This document shows, in pieces, positions 1-12,940 of a stretch of 64,000 bases of DNA (position 1 is its first letter; the number at the start of each line of letters is the position of its first letter). The DNA comes from Octopus vulgaris (Eukaryota). The notes beneath the pieces were generated by a model that was given only the letters and a program-made list of their open reading frames with translations, ran no database searches and was not told where the DNA came from. Made by a program: the position numbers and the translations under genes. The stretch lies in assembly GCA_951406725.2 (NCBI GenBank), contig OX597822.1, positions 57,660,001 to 57,724,000 on the forward strand. Direction: 5' to 3'.

Positions 1-338
1 TATTTTATGCTTTTCTGGTGTATAAAGTGTGTCTAAATTTTACAGTATTTGTGCACGTGCTTACATACACATACAGACAGACACACACACTCAACATTGT
101 AATATCAAATTAAATCTGAAAGTTCAGGAATGACTTTGAACAAGAGAAGATGGGTTGGTTTGATGGCAAGCCACTGAAAATTGGTACTACCATCTAGAAG
201 ACTAATTCCATTTGAAAAGTGATAAAAACATCGCACTTTACCATTCATCTTATGCTTATGCATGTATAACAGTGAGAGAGAGATAGCATATGTTTACATG
301 TGTGTATATGATAAAGTATATATATATACACATATACA

Positions 339-558
339 TAAGAGTGGTACAGAAAAGTTCCTGGTTTTGGGTAAAAGAAAATACAGGGGGGATCAGTTAA
401 TTATGATTTTATTTAACATATTCCCCTCTCAGATTCACACACTTATTGCAGCGCTCCTTCAGTTTTCAAAGCCCTGTAAAAGAACTCGGAAGGTTGAGCC
501 TCTAAACAGGTCTTTTGTGATACCCTTAAAGCCAAGAACTTTTCAGCACCCCCTTTGT
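339..558. mobile_element. mariner-type MITE
   Basis: imperfect terminal inverted repeats gagtggtacagaaaagttcctggttttggg / ccttaaagccaagaacttttcagcaccccc in a TA/TG microsatellite context. Confidence 0.6.
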
Positions 559-712
559 GTGTGTGTGTGTGTGTGTGTGTGTCTATAGTTTGATATCTGC
601 TCTAGTGGTTTAACTCTGAATTTGATGAATCGTAAAATGCAGTGAATCATCTCAAATCTTGGCGCACCAGAACTGAAACTGTGAAAGGCATATATATATA
701 TATATATATATA

Positions 713-1634
713 CCATAAATCCTCGAGGATAATCCGCATTTTTTCCCCAAAAATTTAAAGGTCAAATTCCCTAATGTGTACTATATACGAGGTTAAAGAT
801 GAAAAATATTTTCTAAGCAATGTCCAAGTCTCTATTTGCTGTCCAGCAATGTTTATTCAGACGCATTTTGTAATGTCAGGCACGAAAACACATTAAGCTA
901 AGCCTGAAAGCAATGAAGTCATAAAAGTATTCTGAACACAGAATAACATGTAACAAAAACAATTTGAAAACATATTTACATTCCCATATAACAGTTAAGA
1001 ACATCACCATTATTGTATTACGCATGCGCGGAAGTGTTTGTTCGACTAGGTACTGCTGGCTTAATTATGCACGAATTGTACTTGATAGTTTAGCGCTAAA
1101 TAATTCATCCTGCTGTTTGTATTAGCAGTTTGCATCATTACTGTGTCAAACAATAGATACTTTATTAAATACCAGTATTAAATGCTTGAACTACTGTGGG
1201 TCTTTACTAGGGTTTTTTATAAGCGGGACTTAAACCTGTACATTAATCTCCAATAAAATATTTTATACATTACATGCCCATAAAATGCCTCGTAGATCTT
1301 ATTCAGCTATGTTTAAACTTGAAGTTATATCATATGCTGAAGAGCATGGTAATAGGGCCGCCAGAAGAAAATTTGATGTTGACGAAAGCAATGTCAGGTT
1401 ATGGAGAAGAAATAAAGATGAAATTAAACAGATACCAAAGATAAAGAAGGCAATAATAAAGGACGTTACCGTATACATTTTTATAAACCAAAGACGTTAG
1501 TTATATAGACCTCCTTGACTCAAGTTAGAGAAGGGGTGCATATTATACACAAGGTTTACGTTTTTCAGAGGTACAGCCCCTAAAAATCCCCTGTGTATTA
1601 TACTCAAGGGCGGACTATACTCGAGGATTTATGG
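713..1634 (+). mobile_element. internally deleted pogo/Tigger-family DNA transposon
   Basis: 25-bp TIRs CCATAAATCCTCGAGGATAATCCGC / GCGGACTATACTCGAGGATTTATGG (2 mismatches), TA on both sides, inserted in (TA)n. Confidence 0.9.
1285..1500 (+). pseudogene. truncated pogo transposase, Brinker-type DNA-binding HTH only
   Basis: RRSYSAMFKLEVISYAEEHGNRAARRKFDVDESNVRLWR matches the BrkDBD of POGK-like transposases; no DDE domain follows. Confidence 0.85.
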
Positions 1635-1735
1635 TATATTTTACCTGTCATCCAATCAACCATGAATGTTTGGGTGACTTCATCTTCTATTTTTTCTTTT
1701 CTTTTTTTTTCTTTTTTTTTTCCTCCTGTTTTGAG

Positions 1736-1804
1736 GGTTCTTCTCCAGATTCTTATTGGTTGACTTCATGGTTACATGGGACTCGTGTGAAGAGCGAGAA
1801 AAGG
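1736..1804 (+). CDS. candidate 69-nt cassette exon of NRBP
   Basis: long pyrimidine tract, ttgag|GGTTCTTC...GAAAAGG|gtattt; open in phase 1: (G)FFSRFLLVDFMVTWDSCEEREK. Confidence 0.35.
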
Positions 1805-3519
1805 GTATTTATGTGTTTTTCTCTTCAGGACATGTCCATTACCAGCAGCCACATTACATGTCACTTTAATTTTGCTGTGCTATTATTGCTTTGCTGCTTC
1901 CCATTTTGTCACTCCAGCAGAATGTGATATCTGTTTTTGTTCTTTTTTCTTTTAGCATTGGTATGACTTTGCATAGTCTCCAGCAGACAAAAACATCACA
2001 ACCACTTATTTACTCCTCTTTTTTTTTAACCCCCATTTTGTTTTTACACTTTGTCTTATGGAAACTGTGTTATGGTAGTTTATGAGGATAATATTAGTCA
2101 TTTATTTTTTAATCAAGTTTATTTTTCCCCCTTCTTCTTTTGGTGGATATAGTAAAAATGAAGACTAAATGCTTTTGTAGCATTTAGTTTTGACCATTTA
2201 CATTATAGAACAGATCCCTTCAAGGTTGACTTTACTTTTATTCCTTCCAAAGCTGACAAAATGGGGGTGATTTATCTTTTCCTGCAACTCAAAATGTGTG
2301 GCCTTGTGCCTATATTGGAAATTATTATTGTTATTATGGACCAGTTAAATTCTTTTGCTGCTAGATAGTTATTCATGGCAACATAGCTCTGTTATTACTT
2401 TAAAGAAGTCATTTTCTTGGATATGACTCAAAGCGATCATAGAAAAATCAGTAACTCATCCACTTCACAGCTAATTTGATTACCATATGGAAAAGCATTT
2501 AGTTATTAAGAATGAAACAAAGGCTTGCTCCAACAATTCATAGTAAATGAGGAATCTGGTGGAGTCTACCAATCTATGTTAACGCTCCATTCCTCTTCAA
2601 CATATATTTTTTTATATACTGTTTAAAATCATCCAGAAGTTTAAGAATAGCAAGAAACAAAAATGCTCTTATTTTTAAAGGAAAGCTGATTGGTTTTATT
2701 TTTTGAAGATTGTTTTATACACAAGTACAAAACATATCAGATTTACAATATCAGTTAGTCCTTTGGTACCTAAAAGTATCAATATATCTAACTAGAGTTG
2801 ATTACCTGATGACTGATAGCTTTCATCCCCCCCCAAAAAAAAATCAAAAGATTGGCCAAGTAACCCCTATTACTTTATTGTGTAGGGTGAATTATTTTTC
2901 TTTGAGTTTGAAATATATGAAGTGCCCCAGCATGGCTACAAGCCATTGATTGAAACTAGTGAAAGAATATGCATAGTAATAGTTGTGAAGAGATTCTACA
3001 GAAGTACTTGATATTAAGATACTACGTGCACCAGTGATTTATTAATCAAACTAACTGCTGAAATTGCATTATATATGATGATAATCAATCCATTTACTTA
3101 AGCCCTTAGCAATGGTGGGTTTATAAGCAGTGTCTCATTGATAGGTAAAGTGGGTTTTCATTTGCCTATGAAGACTCAACACAAGATTGAAACTAGTTTG
3201 GCTGATATTTATTTCAGTTCACAAGAATATTCTATATCAAAGTAAGGCCAAAATTCATAGTTGTTGGATTCCTTAACTCAAAATAGATTTAGGGTGCAGG
3301 AAAGGCTGTGTCTTTGCAGTCATGTGGTTCTGAGCTCAAATCACTGCACCTTGGTCAAGTATCTACTACTATAACTGAAGTTGACCAATATCTTGTGAGC
3401 GAAATGTGGTAAATGGAAGCTGCTAAAGACCTGAGTATGCATCTGTTTATTTTCACTAGTATCAAAACTGGTACTGTCTCAAAAGGTAATTTAGTCATTT
3501 GATAAAATAGCACTTGAGT

Positions 3520-3785
3520 TAATATACCTGTTCTTGAGCAAGACACTTTATTTCACGTTGCTCCAGTTAACTCAGCTGTAGAAATGAGTTGCAATGTCAC
3601 TGGTGACAAACTGTATTGGCCTTTGCCTTTCTCTGGATAACATCAGTGGTGTAGAGAGGGAGGCTGGTTTGCATGGGCAACTGCTAGTCTTCCATAATCA
3701 ACCTTGCCTGGATTTGTGCTTCAGAGGGTAACTTTCTAAGTGCAATCCTGTGGTCATTCATGACCAAAGGAAGTCTTTACCCAGT
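3520..3785 (+). mobile_element. SINE fragment (family D)
   Basis: cttgagcaagacactttatttcacgttgctccagt core; related heads at about 13285-13440 (+) and 42776-42945 (-). Confidence 0.55.
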
Positions 3786-6489
3786 AGGTGATTAAAATCA
3801 TGCAATCTGTTTCCCAGCATAACCACAGTCCAATGACTGAAATTTTTAAAAGTGGTGTGTGAATGCTGCCTGCATAGATATATAAACTTGGAAAATTATA
3901 TTGGCTATGAAAACAAGAATTACTTAGTACCTTTCCAAGGGTGCAATACCATAGCAGTTTGGAGACATAGGAATACATGACCTCTCAGGTACTTGTATCA
4001 AGTTGATCGTTATGATCCTTTCTCTTCACTGTTACAATAGGAACTATGTCGAAATGCAGAGAAGCTGTGAAAGTAAATGCCTGTTGTTTCCTTACTTAGG
4101 TGCAATGTCTCTTTGAGAATTTATTTCATTGATGCTTCGTTCAGAAGGAGAGTTAAAGGAAGTCATATTGATAGAGTACTGGAAACAGCACCTGGAAGGT
4201 GGTGGGTGGAGTTTCATATCCTGTGGCTAGCACTGCATAATGTCCACAGCCAAGATACCTGTCAACAACCAAGGCTGCCTACCTCTTTGTAGACTTCCTC
4301 CAACACAGAATAATTCACTGTGATATGCATCAGTAACATTGTGGAGTTGACATGTATATTTTGTTTGCAGTTTTGAGTTCAAATTCTATTGCAAGTACAG
4401 TTTGTCTGCCATAGACTAGCATTCTATAGAAAGGAAAAGTTCTTTCATTTGTGTACAACTATGAAAGTAAAGATTAATCACTAACCTATTTGTGATTCAA
4501 GAATGATATCCATTCTTTGCTGCTTTTCTTTTTTTCCTCTATGTTGAACTGTTATACAATTGTTACTCAGATTTTGAGTTGTTTCCTATCTTCATAAGTG
4601 TGTTCCTATTCTGTAACATAAAGGCAGCATGCTGGTGGTAGAATCATTAGTGTGTCAGACAAAATGCTTAGTGGTATTTCTTCTAGCTTTATATTCTAAG
4701 TTCAAATTCTACCAAGGTTAACTTTGCTTTTCATCCTTTTGAGGTCAAGCCCTGGGGTCAGTGTAACTGACTTACCCTCTCCTTGTAAAATTACTGGCCT
4801 TGTGCCAAAATTTGATATTGTTATTCTTTATAGCAAAGGAGTGCTGGAACTATGTTGTTTTTCCTTATATTTCCCTACATTTTGTCAGTTTTGCTTTATA
4901 TCAGTCTGAGGGTCAATAAAATAAGTCACAGTAATGTAATAGGAATCCATATTATGATCTCTCTCTCTCTCTCCCCTTCCTTGAAATGTGTGGTCACATG
5001 ATAATATAGAACATTTTTGTTTCTGTAGTAGATGCAGGGATCATAAGTTAAAATTCAAACTCTGGAGGCAGAGTTTTCAAAAAGTTCTGTTCCCACAAAG
5101 AATGAAGAATCTTTTAGTTCTAAGCATTTCCTTTAGTCAAAGAGTGAGGGGGAAGAGAGAGAGAAAAAACAACAAGCTAAAAACGTTTTTTTTTTAATTT
5201 TCTTACCCAAAGATCAAAGCATAACACCTCTCTCTCTCTCTCTTACACTCCTCACACACACACACACACATGCACAGAACAAGTGGCAAGGACTGATCCT
5301 TTTCACATTCTGATTATTCTCTCAAATGTAATGCTTATTTCTTCACATTCTTTTGAATTAATCATGCATTATCTCAAAGCTTTGAAACTTCAATGATGTG
5401 ATTGTTATTTTTAGAATGACACTGTAGGGTAGGTGAGAGACTGTCTGGCCAGTTTGAACGTAAAATATATAGAATGTTTGTGCTGTATATGGCTGGTTTC
5501 GATGCTAAAGGATTAGACATACATCCTTCATTCCTTATGCCAATTAAACTTGACTAATCATCTGATGGAACCTTAGTTGACTGAATCAACATCAAATAAA
5601 CTCACCCTTGTTTTACCTTCAAATTATAAAAAGTGGTCAAACTTCCTGACTTATTTGATTGAGTTCCTACCACAGATCTAAATTGGCCCCTCCATTTATC
5701 TTTAGGGTTCTTTATGCTTGTTATTGTTTGGTAATTAGTTGTCCAGGTCATCTTTTTGAAGCTTAACCAATCAATTTGATTTGCACTATATTTGAAATAG
5801 TGTCACCTCAAAGCTGTGTGATGTGCGTGCGTGTGTGTGTGTGTTTGTGCACGCTGGCATTTTCCCGCTTATTTAGTTAACTTCTGTATCACAGAATAAA
5901 ATATGGACACTAATTTTCCACTGCATTGGATTATCAGATTTAAAAGGGGGGGGGGGGAAAAAGTATATAAACATATATTCAGAATGGAAAAAAAAAAAAT
6001 TGTCTCTATATTTTTTTTTTAATTTATTGTTTTCTATATGCATTTTCTTTTTATTTAAAAATACTTTTCAATATCTTTGTTATGATCTAAATACTGGTCT
6101 CTGTTGCTATTCCACAGCACTGCGACACTTGCTATGTTCTTTATCTTTGCTTTCAAACACGCCCTGTCTCTTTCACATTTCCTATTCTCTCTTATTTTTT
6201 CCTACATGTTCTATTTATTTCTGCTCTCTCTCTCTTTCTTTGTCTCATCTACTCTCTCTGATCTCACTCTCGTTTACTCTTTCACCTTCCTTTTCTTCCA
6301 TCTACTCTCCCTCTCACACATGTACTCTCTCTTTCTCTCTCTCTCCCCCTCTCTCTCTCTATCTATACACAGACACACACACACACACACACACCATGTC
6401 TTACATTTAATCTCTCTTCTTCATATTCTCAACTACTCTCTCTCATCTACTCTTTCCCTTATTCTCTCTCTCTAGTCTACTTTCTCCCT

Positions 6490-6680
6490 TATCTCTCACA
6501 CATTTTTCTATCCCCCTCACACATCTTTCTCTCTCTCCTCACACGTCTTTCTCTCTCTCCTCACACGTCTTTCTCTCCCCCCTCACACGTCTTTCTCTCT
6601 CCCCTCACACGTCTTTCTCTCCCCCTCACACGTCTTTCTCTCCCCTTCACTCATCTCCCTCTCCTCCTCACATCTCTCTT
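6490..6680. repeat. pyrimidine-rich minisatellite, 21-24 bp unit
   Basis: about 6-7 tandem copies of cctcacacgtctttctctc(tc/cc), within a roughly 900-bp CT-rich tract. Confidence 0.85.
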
Positions 6681-6757
6681 TCTCTTTCCACATACACCTA
6701 CTCTTACACTTATTCTCTATTCTGCTCATTCTCATCTTTTTCGTATCTCTCTATCTT

Positions 6758-6788
<31 letters not shown>

Positions 6789-7317
6789 ACTAATCTTTTG
6801 TACTCCCCACCTTCTTGTCCCCACCTTCTAATTACCTGTCTCTGCTCACCCCTTTATTTTTCTATAATCTGATCTATCTGTCCTCTTTCTATCCCTCATT
6901 CTACCATTTTCTCCTGCTCTCTTTACTATTCCTTGACTCCCCTCCTCCTCCTCCTCTTCCTTCTTTCCCTGCCATACATTCTCTATCAACTTTGTCTCAT
7001 CATCTTCGTCATTATCAACATCATCCACAATGCTGCTACAATTTCTGCCACATATAATGTACAGCTACCATACAATTTTATTCCTCTTCAGTAAATTTTA
7101 ATTATTCCACCAATGGTTTTTGTCTTATCTTTATTTCGTTACAGTCAGTCAGGAGTTTATTTTTACTTTACTTAATGCCTTGCAGCATATGTTCTTGCTT
7201 TATATTTTATCCTTGAAATGGTCACTCTTTTTGCTGCTAAAGTCTTTAACTTATCTCAAGAAAAACAAACAGAAAAAAAAAAAATGGTTTATCATTATTA
7301 TTATTATTATTATTATT

Positions 7318-7563
7318 AAGGCAGTGAGCTGGCAGAACCGTTAGCATGTTGGGCAAAATGCTTAGCGGCGTTTCTTCCAGCTCCTTATGTTCTGGGTTCA
7401 ATTTCTGCTGAGGTCAACTTTGCCTTTCAGCCTTTCAAGGTTGATAAAGTAAGTGCCAGTCAAGTACTGGGGTTGATGTAATCGACTAGTCTCCTCCCCT
7501 AAAATTTCAGGTATTGTGCCTGTAGTAGAAAGAATTGATATTATTATTATTATTATTATTATT
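7318..7563 (+). mobile_element. tRNA-derived SINE (family A) with (ATT)n tail
   Basis: aaggcagtgagctggcagaa head, B-box-like gttcaa, gtcaactttgcctttc core, (att)n tail. Confidence 0.8.
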
Positions 7564-7680
7564 GATCCCAATTAGAAGAGTGTGATGCAATGTGTAATAA
7601 AACACTAATTGACTTTGTTTATTGAACTGAATATTTCGACAATTAAATCATTATTATTTTAAATTGTTGTTATTATTATT

Positions 7681-7913
7681 AAGGCAGTGAGCTGACCGAA
7701 TTATTAGCACACCGGGCAAAATGCTTAGCGGCATTTCACCCGTCTTTATGGTCCGAGTTCAAATTCCACTGAGGTCAACTTTGCCTTTCATCCTTTTGGG
7801 GTTGATAAAATAAGTACCAGTTGAACACTGGGGTCAATGTAATTGACTTACCCCTCTTCTGAAATTGTTGGCCCTGTACCAAAATTTGAAATTATTATTA
7901 TTATTATTATTAT
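7681..7913 (+). mobile_element. SINE family A, tandem second copy
   Basis: same head, core and (att)n tail; decayed copies also near 2200, 4620, 14600, 23720(-), 56460, 59750(-). Confidence 0.8.
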
Positions 7914-9139
7914 TCGTAAATCACTCAATATATTTCAGCAACACTTCCAAACATGATTGTAATTTATCTTAGCCTATTTAAAATAAGTTACTTTGGTGAC
8001 GCAAATGAAATTTTATCCTTTCCTTGTATTTTTATTGAAAATGTGGTGATGATGATGCCATAGTTAAACATGCAGCTAACTGATGATGGTGATGATGATG
8101 ATGACGACGTGATGATATCTCAGTCACATTTAAATTTTTCAATATGGAGACTTTTTTTGACTTTTTTCTTTCTCTTTCCACTACCATCCTCTCGCACCAG
8201 TAAATCTATTTCTTTTCTCATTCTATAACTTCTACTCTTTCGGTCATGGAGCTCTCTCTTTCACCTTGCAAGCTACTGGTGCTAGTGCCATGAGAAAATG
8301 CACCTAGAACATTCTGTAAGTTGGTTGGCATTAGGAAGAACATCTAGCTGCAGGAACCATGCTGAAACTGAGACATTGGAACAAGATGTAGCCCTCCAAC
8401 TTATCAGATCTTCTCAAACTATCTGACCCATGCCATCATGGAAAAAGGCCATAAAAGGACAATTTCTGTTGGCTTTTCTTTGTTATTGGTTAAATTTTTA
8501 ATTTTTTTTACTTCAGGTGGGCTGATATTTTGACTATTCTTTACAGTACTGGCACCCTCTTAACCAACACCACTTGGTCTTTGGGTACCCTTAGTGGAGT
8601 TCCTTCCATTGTAAACATTTGAATCCATCCTAGATTTTGTTGCTCTCTCCATGTTTGTCCTGCAGACACTGATGTGTAGGTCTTTATTCAGGATCAGCAC
8701 AGTGCTTGGAATTTTCCTGTCAAAAATAACTGTTAATCAATATTACTTTATACTTCACAACTAAATTGAGTGAAGTGAAGAAATGCTCTTTGCCATATGA
8801 CACTACACAATATTTTCACTTAAGTAATTTTAACCATTGTTGCTAAATAGAGATGTGTGACCGGTTTCAATGGCGTCTCATTCCTAAATAACTGACATTA
8901 TGAAAACAGAAGTTACACTTGACAACATTAGGATCTCTTCACAGAGTTTACTTTCAAATTAAATGAGAAATATACTGGGTCTTCTGATAATTTCCAAATC
9001 TTTTTCTGGAGTTCGTCTGTGATATTTACCAATTAACTGCGGTTTAAAAATTTTTTTTTTTTTTTCCTATCCTTTTCATTCTTCAGTGATCAAATATTTA
9101 AAGACTCTAGAATTGAGTGGTCTCAATGCTTAACCAAGA

Positions 9140-9720
9140 TGAGTTTCTGTAAGCAATAATGAAGACTGAAAGTTACTACTATTGAGAAAGTGGTCATGCT
9201 TGATATGTGATAAAGGAATAAGTAGAGATGAGATACAGTGTACTAGGTGTAGATTTGGATGCACAAAGGCATGTAGTGGGATCACAGGCAGACTATGAAG
9301 GAAGCTAGACTTCTGTGGCTGAAACACAGGAATAGATATCAGTAAGAGACATGAATTATATTCCTTCAAATGCTCAGAAGGTTCCATAGGAGTTGATAGC
9401 TTTTTGCAACATTAATAACCTAATTGGTGTTGCAGGCGAGAAAGCTTGGTTGCCAGAATAAGAACAAAGTGAAAAAGTTCTGCTGGAAATGAAGTGTTCC
9501 TCTTTCAGAGTGAAGGGTAGATTACATCATGTTGCATACAAAGTGTGATGCAACATGGTAGCAAAGCATGGGCCTTGGTTGTGGTAGATTTTCAAAGGCT
9601 AGAAAGGAATGAACCAAGATAGTGACTCTGTGTCACCTAGTGTTAGTATGAATGAACGATGGAGTACAAATGATGTAAGAGAAAAACTGGATATAATTGG
9701 AATTTAATGTAAGAGGATAA
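9140..9720 (+). mobile_element. decayed RTE-clade LINE fragment (region C-terminal to RT)
   Basis: broken frames retain KWSCLIC.KG...IQCTRC...CSGITGRL (Cys-rich insert), FKCSEGS and FRVKGRL...VMQHGSKAW-like motifs. Confidence 0.6.
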
Positions 9721-11084
9721 TTACAGTAGTTGCAGTGGAACAAGTTGTTTGAAATCTGCTCACCCCTATACAAATACTATTGTACAGCTGTTTTAGTATG
9801 TTGGAAAACCTTTCGAGAATTCCTTTCTACACAAACAATTTCCCAGAGGCTTTTGCAGATCTTCATATCATATAAGCCTAAAATTATAGTAAGGAGGATT
9901 AGTTTCTATATTACAAGTTGTTTAGAGCCTAATTATTTTAAGTTCAATTACTAGTTGCATCAACTTTTATCTTTCATTCATTTTTTTCAAGAATCAATGG
10001 AAGAAGCACAAGTTATTAGTTATAACCCTTTCATGACTAGAAACACAAAATATATGCAAAATATTTCTTTAAATAAGCTGTAAAAATAGATACAAAAAAT
10101 CTATTAAAGCTAATTTATATGTAGACGGCAAAATCATAAGATACATACTTCGTGTGTCTGTGGGTGTGTGTGTGTAATCCTTTTACAAGCTGAATATATT
10201 ATCAAAGCATTGTCATTATTTTAGAAGAACCTCAAAAAATATCTAACCAATCACTGTCTACTCTTTATTTTTATATTTTTTTACCTTCAAATCCCCTTTT
10301 CATAAATTATTCTTACTATACTGTTCTTATTAGATCATTAAAATGTTGTTATTTAACTTCAGGTCAGCCTTGATGCAGCATATCTATACTTAAATGTGTT
10401 CTACCCAGAACCATCTAGTCTTCTTTTCTTTTTTGTTTCCAGGCGTAGTATATCAAGGACCACATTATTAATTGTATTTTTTTTTAATAGAATGTGTGTG
10501 CTTTAAGGGAGATTTGTCGGCTACTTCTAGAGGCTTTCTTGTTGACTTGATTAGGTCTATATTTATAACTGTATGTGTGTCTTTATATTCATTTTGTGTT
10601 TCTCTATGGTACTGTGCGATAAAGAACAATTTGGATAGATTATGTTGATTAGAGTTGTGTTTTGTTTGTAGAGTTGAGAAAACCTATTGCAGAGTTGGTT
10701 ATAATGTTGTTTTTGTAGCCTACAAGAATAATTTTTGTGAAATATGAATATAATTATGATGATGGTTGTGATATTGGTATTCACCACTAATTTGTACAAA
10801 AGTGGGTTTTTTTTTTTTTAGCAAATTTTTGTACATATGAGTTATAGAGGTGTTTAGGTTGGACTTTGCAAATGGTCAGACTTCCTGCTGAAAAACAACT
10901 TGGTGATCTAACAAGGTGTGAAGCTTGGAAAAGAAACAGATATAAATTATGGACGTTGCTTTGGTTTAGTTTCAGGTCAGATCTGATTCAGCAAACTTAA
11001 ATGTTTCAACCAAAATCATTCTGTCTATTCCATCCCTCCAAATAGTTTCTCTAGGAGAACATTTATTTTATGTGCTATCGCCAT

Positions 11085-11275
11085 GTAAGAAGCATCCATG
11101 CTGGACCACATAAAAAGCATTCAGCACACTCTGTAAAGTGGTTAGCATTAGGAAGGGTATCCAGCCGTAAGAAACCAAGCCAAAACAGACTGGAACCTGG
11201 TCCAGCTTGCCAGCTCTGGTCAAACTGTCCCACCCATGCCAGTATGGAAAACAGACATTAAATGGTGATGATGAC
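11085..11275 (+). mobile_element. retroposon family C with (GAT)n tail
   Basis: gtggttagcattaggaagggtatccagc...cccatgccagtatggaaaacagacattaaatggtgatgatg; more than ten copies in window on both strands. Confidence 0.75.
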
Positions 11276-11899
11276 ATTGTTGTTCATTCCACTTTTAAGA
11301 CAACAGGATATGAGATTTTTCCATTATTTCTAGCAGGAGAACAACTGCATAAAGATTCCTCGTTTACTCACACAGTTTTGGCAGTGAGGATAGTACAGCA
11401 AAATCAATATTATGAATATGTAATATTTCTCCTAATATACATCATTGATCAATATATTTTCTTCATCTGAACTATTTTTAAATTTATTTTCTAAGCCAAC
11501 ATGGCTTTGGTCGTTGTGCAAATTCAGATTTCTCCATGAACGGTTGAAGCAAGTCCTTTACTGCTATTTGATATTGAGTCATAACTGGGTTTTGTTGTGT
11601 ACCAGTCTACCAGCATGGTGCAGTGTCCATTGCTAAGACACACAGTTCTGTCAACCTTTATATAAAAAGCTAATCTGAGGATTTTGCTAGTTTAAAAATA
11701 TCTGTGGCTACTCATTGAATATTGTGGGCCTAAGATTATATATCTGCTGGATCAGAGCTGAGTTAAGGTTAAATCACAGCAAGATAACATAAGACACTGC
11801 ACTATATCATTGTAATCAAGTACAATGCTGTTTTTTCTTTTCTGTTTTTTCGTGTAACTTGCTGAGTCAAGAGGAAGGGGATAATGCTCATAGCCTTTG

Positions 11900-12940
11900 C
11901 AGGCCATCTTAGACCAATAAGATTGATTTCATTAATGTCCCTCTTGAACCTTCCAAGTCAACACCTATAGAAAAGAAACAATCAGAAATGGAAATTTCAG
12001 AGGGTTAATGATTTGGGAATGAAGGACTAGGCATAGTTATGTGTGAGGCCTGGAGACTGTAGGCATAACAAGGGTGACAAGAGAAAGTGATAAATAGGTC
12101 AGGAATGCCTGAGTAATAGAAAAGGCAGGCAGAGAGAGAGAAAAAGAGAGAGTGAGAAGACTAAACCTCTGAGTGACTTTATGCCAATCAGTTGGGTGTC
12201 ATTTTTCTCGATGTGGTCTGTGATGATTATGCATGCAGCAGTAGTGACACCAGGTGCAAGACCATTATGCTACTGAGGGTCTCCCTGGACTTTATAGAAT
12301 GTTACTAATTGTAGGGTGGGGGGAGAGCTAAAGTATCTCTGGTCCCCAAGACAAGAGCTAGTCATTGGGATGTAATCCATGCTATGTTACAGATGTACTC
12401 TCACCAAAAGAGATTCTCAGTGACAGTGAGGTCCAACATTTAGAATAATATGGATCCTCATTGCCTACTACACTGGGTTAAGGGGATGGGATGCAATGAT
12501 GTTTTCTTGTTGAAAGAGATAAGGTTGGTATGTCCACTTTAGAGGATGTTTTTTGAAATCTCTGTTCATGGAGTCAGTGTGTGCTTGGACTATGATGTTA
12601 TGGTTAGGGAAGAATAAAGGGCAGTGCCATCTGTAAGAGGGAGTATTGTTGGGTGCGATATCAAGTTATTGGTATATAGAAGATAGTTGGTGGGGATTGA
12701 ACTGTGGAGCATGCCAGGGTTGATAGAATGAGAGATAAAGAGAACTCCATCAACAAATACCACAAGAGAATTGTCTGATAAGGAAGCTACCAATCAAAGA
12801 GATGAGAGATAGATGAAGCCCCTAGGTGGGTAGTTTTAATAGGTGATTTACATGTCAGACATGGTTAAAAGTTTTGCATATATCAAGGGCAACAAATTGC
12901 ATTCACCAAATTTCTTGGGGTGCATAAGTTACCACTGAAG
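11900..12940 (-). mobile_element. decayed CR1/Jockey-group LINE RT fragment
   Basis: minus strand reads VALDICKTF (ALDISKAFD-like) near 12870-12893 and VFVDGVL...INPGMLHSS (GVPQGS region); many stops. Confidence 0.55.

Noticed and set aside
150-200. LKIGT-like reading as the missing upstream NRBP exon (LIKIGS)
   Set aside because: No HGNLTCDTIFIQHNG context, a stop follows, and no suitable donor
6118-6135. 18-nt phase-1 candidate ALRHLL; similar 30-nt (9087) and 33-nt (14061) candidates
   Set aside because: Donor sites are too far from consensus
6000-7057. ORFs of 60-136 aa
   Set aside because: Translations of CT-rich and CA microsatellite sequence
7318-7420. tRNA-like A/B box sequence
   Set aside because: SINE head with no complete cloverleaf; no true tRNA gene supported in the window
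8242-8262. ggtcatggagctctctcttt resembles miR-281
   Set aside because: Mismatches to the recalled mature sequence and no complementary arm nearby
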